DNA from: an uncultured Gammaproteobacteria bacterium
GTDB lineage: Bacteria; Patescibacteriota; Microgenomatia; Levybacterales; UBA12049
Assembly (NCBI GenBank): GCA_965230895.1
Contig: OZ246394.1
Span: 712,627-776,626 of the forward strand
Length of the DNA: 64,000 nucleotides
Direction of reading: 5' to 3'
Shown here: positions 46,101-56,032 of the stretch, one piece after another
How positions within the stretch are numbered: position 1 is the first letter of the stretch
Layout of the letters: the number at the start of each line of letters is the position of its first letter
Notes under the pieces: generated by a model
Databases searched by the model: none
Seen by the model: only the letters and a program-made list of their open reading frames with translations
What the model was told of the DNA's origin: nothing
Program-made: the position numbers and the translations under genes

Positions 46101-49100
46101 TTCACTTCAGAAATTGTACCATTTCTGTATTGGAAGATGTATGTCTTTGTAGGATTTGCTAACTTCGCAGACTTTGCCTGTTCCAGAGAGTTGGTCTGAA
46201 CAACTTTTGGTGTATTCTCTCTATAAATAAACCATAAGCCATCTGATAATCCTACAGGGAATAACCAAACACCTTCATACTTTGCTGGAACATCGACAAA
46301 ATAAACTGTGTCATTTGGAGTAAAGCTCGCATAACCAGTTCTAAAGGTTAGAAGCATACTCTGAGCAATCGCTCCTGACTGGGACCATTTAAGCTGTTCT
46401 GTTTGATTTTGATTAAAGTGCAGAAATGAAATACACCCAAAGACCACTAATAAGACAGATACAAATATAGTTTTTTGTCGAATAATCTGTTTTATAAGAG
46501 CATAAACAAGAACGACAAATGCGAGACTCAAACCAAATGATGCAAGGTATTCATATCGTGGAGAAATATTTCCTAAAGGTAAGAACGGAAGCAAACTAAC
46601 AAACGCAAATACAATTCCAAATATCACAAGCTGTGCATTATCATGTTTTACAAACTTAAGAACTTGCTTCTTAGAACGATAGAACATGTAACTTAATCCG
46701 CCAATAATAACGATTCCTGCAACGCTTAATACTAACCACATTGAGCGAAGGTTTCCACGGATTCCATCATATGCAGCAATAAATGAAGTTCCGCTTAGGA
46801 ATAAACCGATATATCCAAGGAAGTTACCAATAACATTTGGAACTACCTTAGCTAAGTTGTAACTGTAATCACCGCCTCCCGAGAAAGCTCCAGAAACGGA
46901 TCTCATTACAAAATAGAGTATGACCAGGATGATAAATGGTAGATATGTTTGGATAAACTTAAATGAACGCTTTGGTTTGTAAATAAAGATATCTAAGACA
47001 ACAAATATAAGTGGGATGATCACTGAAATTTCATAAGAAACAAAAGCCAAAGCACTTAAAATAACTGCTGCAATATATGCAACAATAGATTTCTTCATTC
47101 TGAAATAGTGATAACAAATCATTGCATACAAGATAAACATTGAGGCAAGTCCAATAGAAAGGGTTGAGAACCAGAACATGTTTTCAGTGTGTACGGGTAG
47201 CAATGCGAAAGTTGCTGCGGTTAAAAATCCTATCAATCGTGACTTTGCATAACGGCTTCCCAAGATATAGACAGCAATTGTTGTTAGGAAGTGTACCAGC
47301 AAGAGGAAGACATGGTAGCCTTCTGGATTGAATGAGAAAAGCATATATAAGAAATACACAATTACTTTATCCAGAGGTCGGTAGAAAAAGTCTTGAGCAT
47401 TTACAAAATACATTGCCAAATCAGATGGAGCCGCAGTTGCTGCCCAACGAAGCCAGGTGAAGTCATCAGCTACAAAGAAGTTTTTAATCGATGCTGCATA
47501 TCCGACTAGTATAATGATCATAAGGTACAGTACAAGCATGATTGGTGATGTAAAGAAAGATTTCAATGAAGATTTATAATCAATTGGTTTCTTCAAAAAG
47601 AGTTTTGCTGCCCCAACGCCAATACCTGTTAATATCCAGAATGGCTCTGCAACTTTTGAAGCTTCGAAAACATCAATAAGTACTGCATTAATGAGCAAGC
47701 CAATCGTTCCACCAGCAAGACCAAACACAAGCGCTTTAACGATAGGATCTTTTATCTCTTTCACACTATGCTTCATGAAAATCCCAAAGATAACGAAAAT
47801 AAATAAGAAGGCCAATAATCCAACCAAGCCCGTCTCCCCTAACGCTCTTAAGTAATCATTATCTGTTGCTAGCGTCAGTGAAGAATATCCTGTCCCAAAG
47901 ATTGGACTAAAGAGGAACGCATTCCAGTTTCTTGGCCACTCTGCCTGGAAACGTGTTGTAAATGAAATATCAAGTGCATAGGCTTTTTTAATAAGAAAGC
48001 TTCCTGAGACAGAAGAGATTGCAATCTCACCACTTTGGATTTTTCGCAATTGCTCTTCAGTCAAAACAGCAGTGTAACCACTATCTGTTGGAGGCTTATT
48101 CGCACCCACAGTAAAGTCGCTTGCAGGAGGGATCTCAGCATTTTTTTGCTCTTCTGCTGTTTTTGCATCCTTAATAATTTTTTGCAAATCAGAAGGTAAG
48201 GCTTCATCGGTAGAAACGACCTGAACTTCTTGAATAGTATTGGAAAACCTCTGGATTGTCGCATTACCAAAAAGCATCATGACTCCAACACTTACTACCA
48301 TAATTGGAATGATCCATTTTTTCTTCTGCCAAAGGACAAGCATTCCAACAACTCCTATTACATATGCACCAAACGACGTTCGTGAAGAGGTAAAGTTGAG
48401 TACTTCCAATGAAAGAAGCGCAAGGAGAATAATAGCTATACGCAAGGACCAACGCTTAACCGCAAATGCGAGAGCAATAAGGACAGGTATAACCATGACC
48501 ATATATGCTGATAAATCATAATGTCCGCCAAATGTAGAACTCACTCTAGATAATTCATTGAGGCATAAGGGTGTACCTTTAGCAAATTCTTCGTTACCTG
48601 TGAGGAATGCTGGGAAACAGAAAGGATATGTTTGGAAGAAATCAGGAAAAAGCTTCCATAGAATCGTATAAAACCTCTGCCCAAATCCATAAAAAACAAT
48701 TCCAAATATAGTAATACAGAGAGTTATGAGATAGAAATAAACATCTTTTACGTTTTTAACTGATGAGAAGGCGATAAAAAAGAGAATCATATACTCTATT
48801 CGCCGGAAATACTGCAACCAGGCAACACTTGGGAAGAAGTTAGCGAGGGTTGGCGCTATAAAAGTAAGACAATAGATTAAAGAAGCTAATCCTGCAATCC
48901 AATAAAGAAGTAGTGCATAACCTTCAGGTCGAGGAAGAGAAACCTTTCTTCGAACAAGCTGCACAAACCAAATAAGTGCTAGTGCAAGAATAACAAAGTC
49001 TTCTAGACGAATATAAACCCATGTATTATCAATATTTATACTTGGAAGTTTTGGATAGAGTGCAGTAAAAAGGATCGCAAATGCGACTCCAAAACGGAGG

Positions 49101-49135
49101 ATATTATTATCAATAAGTTGCAATAATTTCTTCAT
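46097..49135 (-). CDS. Fusion of an O-antigen ligase/polymerase-like domain and a TMTC/PMT-like GT-C domain
   Basis: N-half: RVSSTFGG, TSSRTS, TDNDYLRALGETGLVG. C-half: FFVADDF, FYRPL, YH...L..H, LPVHTE...W.S, SYE, PRYEYL. Confidence 0.75.
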   Translation of the reverse strand: MKKLLQLIDNNILRFGVAFAILFTALYPKLPSINIDNTWVYIRLEDFVILALALIWFVQLVRRKVSLPRPEGYALLLYWIAGLASLIYCLTFIAPTLANFFPSVAWLQYFRRIEYMILFFIAFSSVKNVKDVYFYLITLCITIFGIVFYGFGQRFYTILWKLFPDFFQTYPFCFPAFLTGNEEFAKGTPLCLNELSRVSSTFGGHYDLSAYMVMVIPVLIALAFAVKRWSLRIAIILLALLSLEVLNFTSSRTSFGAYVIGVVGMLVLWQKKKWIIPIMVVSVGVMMLFGNATIQRFSNTIQEVQVVSTDEALPSDLQKIIKDAKTAEEQKNAEIPPASDFTVGANKPPTDSGYTAVLTEEQLRKIQSGEIAISSVSGSFLIKKAYALDISFTTRFQAEWPRNWNAFLFSPIFGTGYSSLTLATDNDYLRALGETGLVGLLAFLFIFVIFGIFMKHSVKEIKDPIVKALVFGLAGGTIGLLINAVLIDVFEASKVAEPFWILTGIGVGAAKLFLKKPIDYKSSLKSFFTSPIMLVLYLMIIILVGYAASIKNFFVADDFTWLRWAATAAPSDLAMYFVNAQDFFYRPLDKVIVYFLYMLFSFNPEGYHVFLLLVHFLTTIAVYILGSRYAKSRLIGFLTAATFALLPVHTENMFWFSTLSIGLASMFILYAMICYHYFRMKKSIVAYIAAVILSALAFVSYEISVIIPLIFVVLDIFIYKPKRSFKFIQTYLPFIILVILYFVMRSVSGAFSGGGDYSYNLAKVVPNVIGNFLGYIGLFLSGTSFIAAYDGIRGNLRSMWLVLSVAGIVIIGGLSYMFYRSKKQVLKFVKHDNAQLVIFGIVFAFVSLLPFLPLGNISPRYEYLASFGLSLAFVVLVYALIKQIIRQKTIFVSVLLVVFGCISFLHFNQNQTEQLKWSQSGAIAQSMLLTFRTGYASFTPNDTVYFVDVPAKYEGVWLFPVGLSDGLWFIYRENTPKVVQTNSLEQAKSAKLANPTKTYIFQYRNGTISEVK

Positions 49136-49183
49136 CTACAAAAACTTATATTACTAGTTGACGATCAGCTAATCAAGAGCAAA

Positions 49184-49777
49184 TTAGCGAAACCACGCAG
49201 CACGTCCTAACTTATAATGCAGATCCTTTGATTTGCGCTCTCCTATCACCTTTGCAGGGATACCACCAACTATAGCATATGGCTCAACAGATTTGGTTAC
49301 GACAGCACCAGCACCGACAACACTACCTTTACCCAAAGTTACTCCAGGAAGAATAATTGCCCGTGGGCCGATAAACACGTAATCATCAATCACAACACAT
49401 TCAGAAATAGCATGGAAATCATCGCTATGGATATCGTGTTGGCTATTGTAGATCATAACTTCTGAAGCAATATCTACATGATCACCAATAACAAGCTTCT
49501 CACGTCCATCCAAAACAGCAAATTCACCGATAATTGTATCTTTACCGATAACAATATTGGCAGGATTATAAAACCGAGCACCTACATGAAGTGTTGATCC
49601 ATCACGAATAGTCATACCTGCAAGTCGATAAAAGAATCTTCGAATATGATGGGACGGTAGATGCCCAACGACATGAAGCACCCAAACGACGAATTCACGA
49701 AAAACGGTATTGGATCTATTCTGCGCCTTCCGTTTAAAGTCTTTTGAAAACATATTTCTATTTAAACTATTTGCCAT
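49184..49777 (-). CDS. Hexapeptide-repeat (LbH) sugar O-acetyltransferase
   Basis: VFIGPRAIILPGVTLGKGSVVGAGAVVTKSV..YAIVGGIPAK. Start moved to ATG 49777, just after the upstream stop. Confidence 0.9.
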   Translation of the reverse strand: MANSLNRNMFSKDFKRKAQNRSNTVFREFVVWVLHVVGHLPSHHIRRFFYRLAGMTIRDGSTLHVGARFYNPANIVIGKDTIIGEFAVLDGREKLVIGDHVDIASEVMIYNSQHDIHSDDFHAISECVVIDDYVFIGPRAIILPGVTLGKGSVVGAGAVVTKSVEPYAIVGGIPAKVIGERKSKDLHYKLGRAAWFR

Positions 49778-49778
49778 A

Positions 49779-50927
49779 TTATTTTGCTGCAACGTCGACA
49801 AGTACTTTGAGTGTCTCCTTTGCTGTTTTTTCCCAATTAAACTTCGTTGCCTGTTTTTTTCCTTTTTCACTCAGCTCTTTTCGCAGATTTTTATCATTTA
49901 CTACTTTCACGAGCTTATCTGAGATATCAGAGACATCTTCAGGATCTATATAAACTGCAGCATCTCCTCCTGCTTCCGGCATACTACTTACATTGCTTGT
50001 AATAACTGGCGTGCCCTGCTTCATGGCTTCAACTACAGGCAAACCAAAGCCTTCATAAAGGCTTGGTAAGACATAACAAAGAGTATGTTTATACAGCATA
50101 TGCAATTCGTCATCATTGATACCTTCAAGAAATGCAACTTTATTTTCAACTCCAAACTTCCTTGGTGCATTAAGTATATCTTCATACAACCAGCCTTTCT
50201 TCCCAACAACAACGAGCTGTAAATCTCTGTATGCTTCATCTAATTTTTTGCTTTCCAATGCTTGTGCAAATGCTTCTATAAGGCGGGAAATATTTTTTCG
50301 AGGCTGCAAAGTACCCACAAATAAAACGTAGTTATTACTGAGGTTATATTTAGCTTTTAACTCGTTCATAGCATAAACATGAGGCTGAAGTGAAACAGAT
50401 TGTTTTATCCCAGGATAAATTGTTTTGACCTTTCCCTCAGGTACTTTGTACGTTTTAATTATATCATTTCTACTTGAGTTACTTATAGTCAATACGACCT
50501 TTGCCTTCTCCACAGAATACTTCGTCCAATTACGAAGTTGATACATATCAGCCTTATTAAATAACTCTGGAAAGCGCAAATATGCTAGATCCATTATAGA
50601 AACTACTGTCGGAATAGGCGAAAAACGTGGAGCATAATGGGTTGGGCTAAAGAAAACATCTGGTTTTGACTTACTCAAAAATAAATTAAGGGGCAAACCA
50701 AATTGTGTCCAAAACTTTCCAGGACCGACAATTTTATATTGCCAATTTACGTTTTCCTTTGGAAGTGTCTTTAAAGGTGGTTGTTTAAGATAAATAACAA
50801 ATTTTACCTCAAGTGATTTATTCGATTCAGCAAATTTTGCAAAATAATATAATAACCAATAAGCGTACTCACTTATTCCTACCCTTTTTGTAACATTGGC
50901 TTCATTGCCATCGATTCCAATAATCAT
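49779..50927 (-). CDS. GT4 glycosyltransferase (MtfB-like)
   Basis: IGIDGNEA, SIMDLAY, VGTLQPRKN, LYEGFGLPVVEAM. Confidence 0.93.
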   Translation of the reverse strand: MIIGIDGNEANVTKRVGISEYAYWLLYYFAKFAESNKSLEVKFVIYLKQPPLKTLPKENVNWQYKIVGPGKFWTQFGLPLNLFLSKSKPDVFFSPTHYAPRFSPIPTVVSIMDLAYLRFPELFNKADMYQLRNWTKYSVEKAKVVLTISNSSRNDIIKTYKVPEGKVKTIYPGIKQSVSLQPHVYAMNELKAKYNLSNNYVLFVGTLQPRKNISRLIEAFAQALESKKLDEAYRDLQLVVVGKKGWLYEDILNAPRKFGVENKVAFLEGINDDELHMLYKHTLCYVLPSLYEGFGLPVVEAMKQGTPVITSNVSSMPEAGGDAAVYIDPEDVSDISDKLVKVVNDKNLRKELSEKGKKQATKFNWEKTAKETLKVLVDVAAK

Positions 50928-50929
50928 AA

Positions 50930-51472
50930 TTAATTCCCCGGATATGTAACGTGCAAACGATTTTCTTCAATTCCTAATATATTCATTGCATCTTTCTTGG
51001 TTGCTTCAGAAATACAAAGGATCGCATCGGATTCTTTCTTCACCCAAGCAAGTTTTCTTTTTTGTGTTGCTATAATTTTTTTATCAGTTTCTTCAGGAAA
51101 CTTATAAATAATTAAATCATATAAAATAGTAATTTTTTTCGCTTTTTTAACTGGAGGTTCTGTCCAGTCAGAAGTAATAAAAACATCTACATCTCCTATT
51201 AGATTTTCGATTGGCATGATATGCAATTTATTCCAGAGCATGTCTAATAAGGTTGGTGGAAATTTAAAAGATTTAACGTGTACATTTGAAGATTGAGGCA
51301 AATTCAAATTTGGGACTTTTCCACGTAAACTCGAAAAGAACAAAACATATTCATTTTTATTATCTTGAAGGAGCAATTGCGTAAGTGTCTGTTTAAGATA
51401 ATTTGCCACACCAGTACGACTGTAGGCCATTTGTGAGATATCAATTCCAATCTTCATAGGAGTTCCTAGCAA
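50930..51472 (-). CDS. GT4 N-terminal (acceptor-binding) domain only
   Basis: KIGIDIS...TGVANY, ILYDL, ISEATKKD, ends VTYPGN*; no C-terminal EX7E domain. Confidence 0.75.
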   Translation of the reverse strand: MLGTPMKIGIDISQMAYSRTGVANYLKQTLTQLLLQDNKNEYVLFFSSLRGKVPNLNLPQSSNVHVKSFKFPPTLLDMLWNKLHIMPIENLIGDVDVFITSDWTEPPVKKAKKITILYDLIIYKFPEETDKKIIATQKRKLAWVKKESDAILCISEATKKDAMNILGIEENRLHVTYPGN

Positions 51473-51510
51473 ATTTTATTGTAGCATAAAGGCTTTTGTT
51501 ATAGCTCAGA

Positions 51511-51723
51511 TTATGATTTTTTCAGATGTAAAAGTATAATCCCTAAAAGGATAAATCCAGCAGCATACATAACTAACCTCTCCGCTGTAAAAAATATCTG
51601 TAATTGAAAAAGCGGTATTGATAAACAAAAAGAGATTACTCCTACAACAATAGCCCACTTTGGATTTCTTCTCCAAATCAGAGCAATGATAACAATTATA
51701 AATAGAATATCTTGTGGTTTCAT
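51511..51723 (-). CDS. Small membrane protein
   Basis: 70 aa, three hydrophobic segments; ATGA overlap with the upstream gene. Confidence 0.7.
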   Translation of the reverse strand: MKPQDILFIIVIIALIWRRNPKWAIVVGVISFCLSIPLFQLQIFFTAERLVMYAAGFILLGIILLHLKKS

Positions 51724-52553
51724 TTTTTCTTAATAAAAATAATAATTATTATTATCAAAATTGAAAAGATAATACTCGTTATTACTCCTCTATCAACCCA
51801 TTCTTGTGGAGTATATTGAACAGTGAATGTATAGGTTCCATCTTGTGGCAAGATAAAACTGTTTAATCGGTTGTATTGTTTGCTTGAAATACTATCTGAG
51901 CCGACTTTCGCTGCCCACTTCGCATCATATCCTTCAGAAAATATAAGCTGGTCTCCTTTGCGCGCATTCTTTACGTATACCTCATAATGTACAGGAGACA
52001 CATAAGTATATGTTACTTCAAGATTTTTACTTGTTGTCCAGAAGTGATCTTTAGGATTATTGAGTTCATAAACAACTATCTTCCCATACGTTTTTACCCT
52101 CTTTAACCATTTGATCCTGTCAATAGTTGCTACTACTGAGAGATATTGTTTCTCATCATATTGCCTGTCAGTGTTGAAGATCTGCTTTTCAGAATCAAAT
52201 GGAACAATAACATATTTAACACTTGCTTCACTGAGGAATTTTTCGGTATCCTTTCTTTCTAAGTATTTAAGAACTGCATCTTGATTAGGAGCATTAAATA
52301 ATTCTTGTGCAGAGATAGAACGATGCTTCTCAGACATATAGACGTAATGTGGCGATGCTGGAATCCATAAAACCCGGTAAAATGCATTTTGTCTTGAGAG
52401 AAAATCTTTAAGCTCGACGTATTCGTTTGGCAATTGAGAATTTCTAAGTGTTCCAGTAAACTCTCCGGTAAAAGCAGGTTTTAATAGGAATACAAAATAC
52501 AGAAAGACTCCCAACAAAAACAGCCATGGCAAAAGTTTATTTAGTATTTTCAT
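51720..52553 (-). CDS. C-terminal part of a GT-C-like membrane protein (TM, extracytoplasmic domain, TM)
   Basis: YRVLWIP, VKYVIVP, YVSPVHY.V, FSEGYDAKW, NSF. Same layout as the C-halves of 56013-58184 and 58181-60328. Confidence 0.7.
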   Translation of the reverse strand: MKILNKLLPWLFLLGVFLYFVFLLKPAFTGEFTGTLRNSQLPNEYVELKDFLSRQNAFYRVLWIPASPHYVYMSEKHRSISAQELFNAPNQDAVLKYLERKDTEKFLSEASVKYVIVPFDSEKQIFNTDRQYDEKQYLSVVATIDRIKWLKRVKTYGKIVVYELNNPKDHFWTTSKNLEVTYTYVSPVHYEVYVKNARKGDQLIFSEGYDAKWAAKVGSDSISSKQYNRLNSFILPQDGTYTFTVQYTPQEWVDRGVITSIIFSILIIIIIIFIKKK

Positions 52554-53760
52554 ATTTCTTCTTATTTAAAACTATATAAATTTTTTCAATAGCGTATGGA
52601 ATAAGAACTGAATAAGCAAGTGCTATTAAGATATACCATTTCGAAGGATCCCGGAAAGCATTAAATCCTGGTAGATTATTAAATAACCATAGGTAGACAT
52701 CTCCAAATGGATCGTTAGCACCCTTTGCGAGGAATGCTCCTAAAATTCCTACTAGTGCAAAATAAAGAATGTACTTTTTTCGCGCTTTATCTTTGCTGTC
52801 GATAAAAAGCATTGAAGAATATGCTAAGAGTGGTAGAACCAAAAATTCCGGTTTCATAAATCCTACTTTCCCAAAAATATTATCCGGCCAATTAGGATGC
52901 AATAAAGAAATTGTATTCTCGAATTTTGCAAAACTCAAAAATTTAACGCTTTCATTCCCTATTACATAACCACCATCTAATTGAGAGACAGATCCACCGC
53001 CTGCAAAGAATGCTGGCATTGTCCAAAATGCCAAAATGATAGCAGTAGACAAAAATGGAATTATACATGTAAAAAGGATAAGCAAAAGAAACTTTTTGAA
53101 AACAAACCCAGAGATAATTTCGTGCACAAAGGGCAAATAAATGATAACAGCTACGAGCGCAACATATCCCACACGAATATCCAAGCTCATTTGCAAGCTT
53201 AAACATACTCCAGCAATTAAAGAAGGGCTCAATATTTCTTTTATTCTTATCTTTTTTGATGATAATAAACTTATTTGATTAATAGTCGATAGAAAGAAAT
53301 ATACAACTATTGGCGTGATTGCATATGCTAGAGCAAAATGAACCTGACCACCTGATACAATCATCAAAATATAGGAATTAATTGTATAAATGAAACTTGC
53401 TAATAAAGCGAAAGATTTTGATACAAGTGTTTTCTGTGCAAAAAACCAAGCAGAAACAAAAGAAAGGATAAGAAATGGAAAATAGAAAACAACTTTATCT
53501 ACGAGATCCCAACTTAAGCCAAATATATTTCCAATCCCCATCGCAACGCCATTACTCGCATATCCCCAAAGTAATGGAATGAACGTACCGCCAAGCCCTG
53601 AATCTCGCATAGTACTCCAAGCGTATGGATAGACTGAATATAAACTATACGATTCTTTAAAATAAAACAGAGAATCATAACCTGCGAGAAAACCTGGAAC
53701 GAACCAATTGTGGGTTACAAACAAAGTAATAAATAAAACAGGTAAAGCAATAAAAATCAT
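52537..53760 (-). CDS. N-terminal multi-TM part of a GT-C-like glycosyltransferase
   Basis: About 10 TM segments; GYD in the first loop; FLAKGAN.PFG..Y.WLF..LPGF.AFRDPSKW. Confidence 0.7.
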   Translation of the reverse strand: MIFIALPVLFITLFVTHNWFVPGFLAGYDSLFYFKESYSLYSVYPYAWSTMRDSGLGGTFIPLLWGYASNGVAMGIGNIFGLSWDLVDKVVFYFPFLILSFVSAWFFAQKTLVSKSFALLASFIYTINSYILMIVSGGQVHFALAYAITPIVVYFFLSTINQISLLSSKKIRIKEILSPSLIAGVCLSLQMSLDIRVGYVALVAVIIYLPFVHEIISGFVFKKFLLLILFTCIIPFLSTAIILAFWTMPAFFAGGGSVSQLDGGYVIGNESVKFLSFAKFENTISLLHPNWPDNIFGKVGFMKPEFLVLPLLAYSSMLFIDSKDKARKKYILYFALVGILGAFLAKGANDPFGDVYLWLFNNLPGFNAFRDPSKWYILIALAYSVLIPYAIEKIYIVLNKKKYENTK

Positions 53761-53762
53761 AC

Positions 53763-54878
53763 TTAGATTTTTGTGTATTTATGCTCAAATAGTGCTTGTA
53801 CTGCACCAAATGCAGTAAATAAAAGTATCCAAAATGCTATCCTTTCTACTAGGTTTTGATAATGACCAAATGACACAAAAATAGAAATTAAAAGTAACCC
53901 CACAACTAATACAAAACTTGCTTTGCTCCTATATTTATTTACAATACAATTAAATAACCAAAGCATTAATACTGTCAAGGTTACAAGGATATTTAAATTC
54001 TCAATAAAAAGGATATCAAAAAGTAGACATAATCCAATAAGTACATCAAAAATGGTAAGCTCTTCAATTGCTCTTCCTAAAACTTTTAACCCTGTAACCT
54101 GAGCTGTGGATTTACTAATTTTTTTTGTCTGCCGATTGTAATATTTACTTATAATTTCTCCTAAAAATGTTCTCCAAAGATAATAAAAGATAAAAGGTAA
54201 AAGAAAAATAAATACAATTAGATAAAATTCTATATGTGAGAATGCATATAGAACCTTTTGTATTATGAAATGAGTTAGCAGCGGCGTATTACTTACCAAC
54301 TCACCTTTATTAAATTGGTACAGAGACACAATAATAGGTTGTTTGTCAGTTAAAGTTAAAGCGTTTCCTTTTTGTCCGTTAAGAGAGATTATTTCAAATT
54401 GGTAATTTTTCCCCTGAGAATTAGTTATAGGTGGAAAGCCAAATGGAAAATGAACAAGCTCTAAGAATTGGCCTCCAGAATATTTTTGTTCATAAATCCA
54501 TTTCTGATCATTCTTTTCTTTTAAGCGGAATACAATCGTATCATCTTGCTTTTTTAATATTCCAATTTCTTCATGTTCTTTATTATAATTATGGAGTCGC
54601 ACAGCAACTGCACCTAAATTATTTTCTTCTGCTTTAAATTCTCCTTTGATCGTTTGTTTTGCATAGAGTTCTCCTTGACTTGGAGATATTGTATATGAAC
54701 TCTTATGTTCATAGGGAAGAATCGTATAACTTGCATTATGCGTAAGTGAAGAAAAGACAGAAAGTCCAAACCCTATCAGAAGCAGTATCCCAGGAATGAT
54801 AATATTTGCGATGATTCTATTTGCAAATAAGGCTTTACTTGCCCCTCCTATGTGCTGAGATATTTTTTTTACCTTCAT
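53763..54878 (-). CDS. Hypothetical membrane protein with an extracytoplasmic beta-domain
   Basis: TM helix, soluble domain (FPFGFPPI.NSQGK.YQFE), then about 5 TM segments. Confidence 0.75.
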   Translation of the reverse strand: MKVKKISQHIGGASKALFANRIIANIIIPGILLLIGFGLSVFSSLTHNASYTILPYEHKSSYTISPSQGELYAKQTIKGEFKAEENNLGAVAVRLHNYNKEHEEIGILKKQDDTIVFRLKEKNDQKWIYEQKYSGGQFLELVHFPFGFPPITNSQGKNYQFEIISLNGQKGNALTLTDKQPIIVSLYQFNKGELVSNTPLLTHFIIQKVLYAFSHIEFYLIVFIFLLPFIFYYLWRTFLGEIISKYYNRQTKKISKSTAQVTGLKVLGRAIEELTIFDVLIGLCLLFDILFIENLNILVTLTVLMLWLFNCIVNKYRSKASFVLVVGLLLISIFVSFGHYQNLVERIAFWILLFTAFGAVQALFEHKYTKI

Positions 54879-56032
54879 AGTTCTCCCAATGCTTTGGTAA
54901 GGACATTATCCCATTCAAATTCTTGAGCATATTTAATTGCATTTTCTCTCATACTTTTATATTTCTTTTTATCTTTCATAATTAGAATTGTTGCATCAGC
55001 AAATGCTTGTTTATCATATGCTGATACCAAACCACAATTTCTCTTCGTTAACTCTTCAGATATCTGTGTCAAGGAAGTTGTAATGACTGGTAATCCTGTA
55101 GCAATATATGTTTTCACTTTGGAGGGATCAGCATAATAGGACCATCTTGCAAGTTCTTCACTATACATTGCAGCTGCGACACCACAGGATGCCAATATTT
55201 CTTCCACATCTTCATGCTTTTCCATATATCCCAAAAAATCAACGTACTTATCTATTTTTAATTTTTTTGATTGTTTTTTGAGTTCACCTTCGTATGAACC
55301 CATCCCAATAATTTTAAATGTGAAGTCAGGAATTTGTTTAACAATGAGTGGAATAGCATCTAAAACAAGTTGTATACCTTGATGAGGAGCCAACCCTCCT
55401 GCATAAACAAGTGTATGAGGATTTACTTCCTTAAACTCCTTTCGCTTAATTCGATTAAACCAGATACCTATAGGAACGATTAGTTGCCTATTAAAAATTT
55501 TTCTGTTCATCCCAAGCAGTTGTTCTCTTCCTTCTGCAACACGGTCGGTTAATATCCAGGTTGCATCTGCATAACGAACAGCAAATTTTTCAAGGCTATG
55601 ATAGATCGAATTAAGTAATTGATTATCAAAGCGTTTCGGTACAAAGTCGATCGTATAATATATAACTTTTTTCAACTTCCCTAATGTTCTTAAGATAAGT
55701 CCTGTGAATGTATTAAGATTATCGAGTGAAATTATGAGATCCCAAGTTCCACCCGCTTTAAAGACCCAATAGATAGAGAGTAAAACGTCTTTTATATATT
55801 GAATAATACTTGGTAATTGTATGTTTTTATATTGTATCTGTTTGACCAGTGTTCCTTTTTCATAAAGCTCAAAAACCGGTCCTGGACGATCTTTAACAAA
55901 AAAAAGTGGATGCCCCATATACAAAAGTCTTTTTACTTTCTTTTTCAGGAAATACTCTTTTAGATCCTGCGCAGGAACAGTCGTTAAAACATGCGCTAAA
56001 ATTATTATTTCTTTATTTTTTATATCTTGCAT
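54875..56032 (-). CDS. GT4 glycosyltransferase
   Basis: YAGGL..HQG, F.IIG.G, ADPSKVKTYIATGLPVI. Confidence 0.88.
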   Translation of the reverse strand: MQDIKNKEIIILAHVLTTVPAQDLKEYFLKKKVKRLLYMGHPLFFVKDRPGPVFELYEKGTLVKQIQYKNIQLPSIIQYIKDVLLSIYWVFKAGGTWDLIISLDNLNTFTGLILRTLGKLKKVIYYTIDFVPKRFDNQLLNSIYHSLEKFAVRYADATWILTDRVAEGREQLLGMNRKIFNRQLIVPIGIWFNRIKRKEFKEVNPHTLVYAGGLAPHQGIQLVLDAIPLIVKQIPDFTFKIIGMGSYEGELKKQSKKLKIDKYVDFLGYMEKHEDVEEILASCGVAAAMYSEELARWSYYADPSKVKTYIATGLPVITTSLTQISEELTKRNCGLVSAYDKQAFADATILIMKDKKKYKSMRENAIKYAQEFEWDNVLTKALGEL

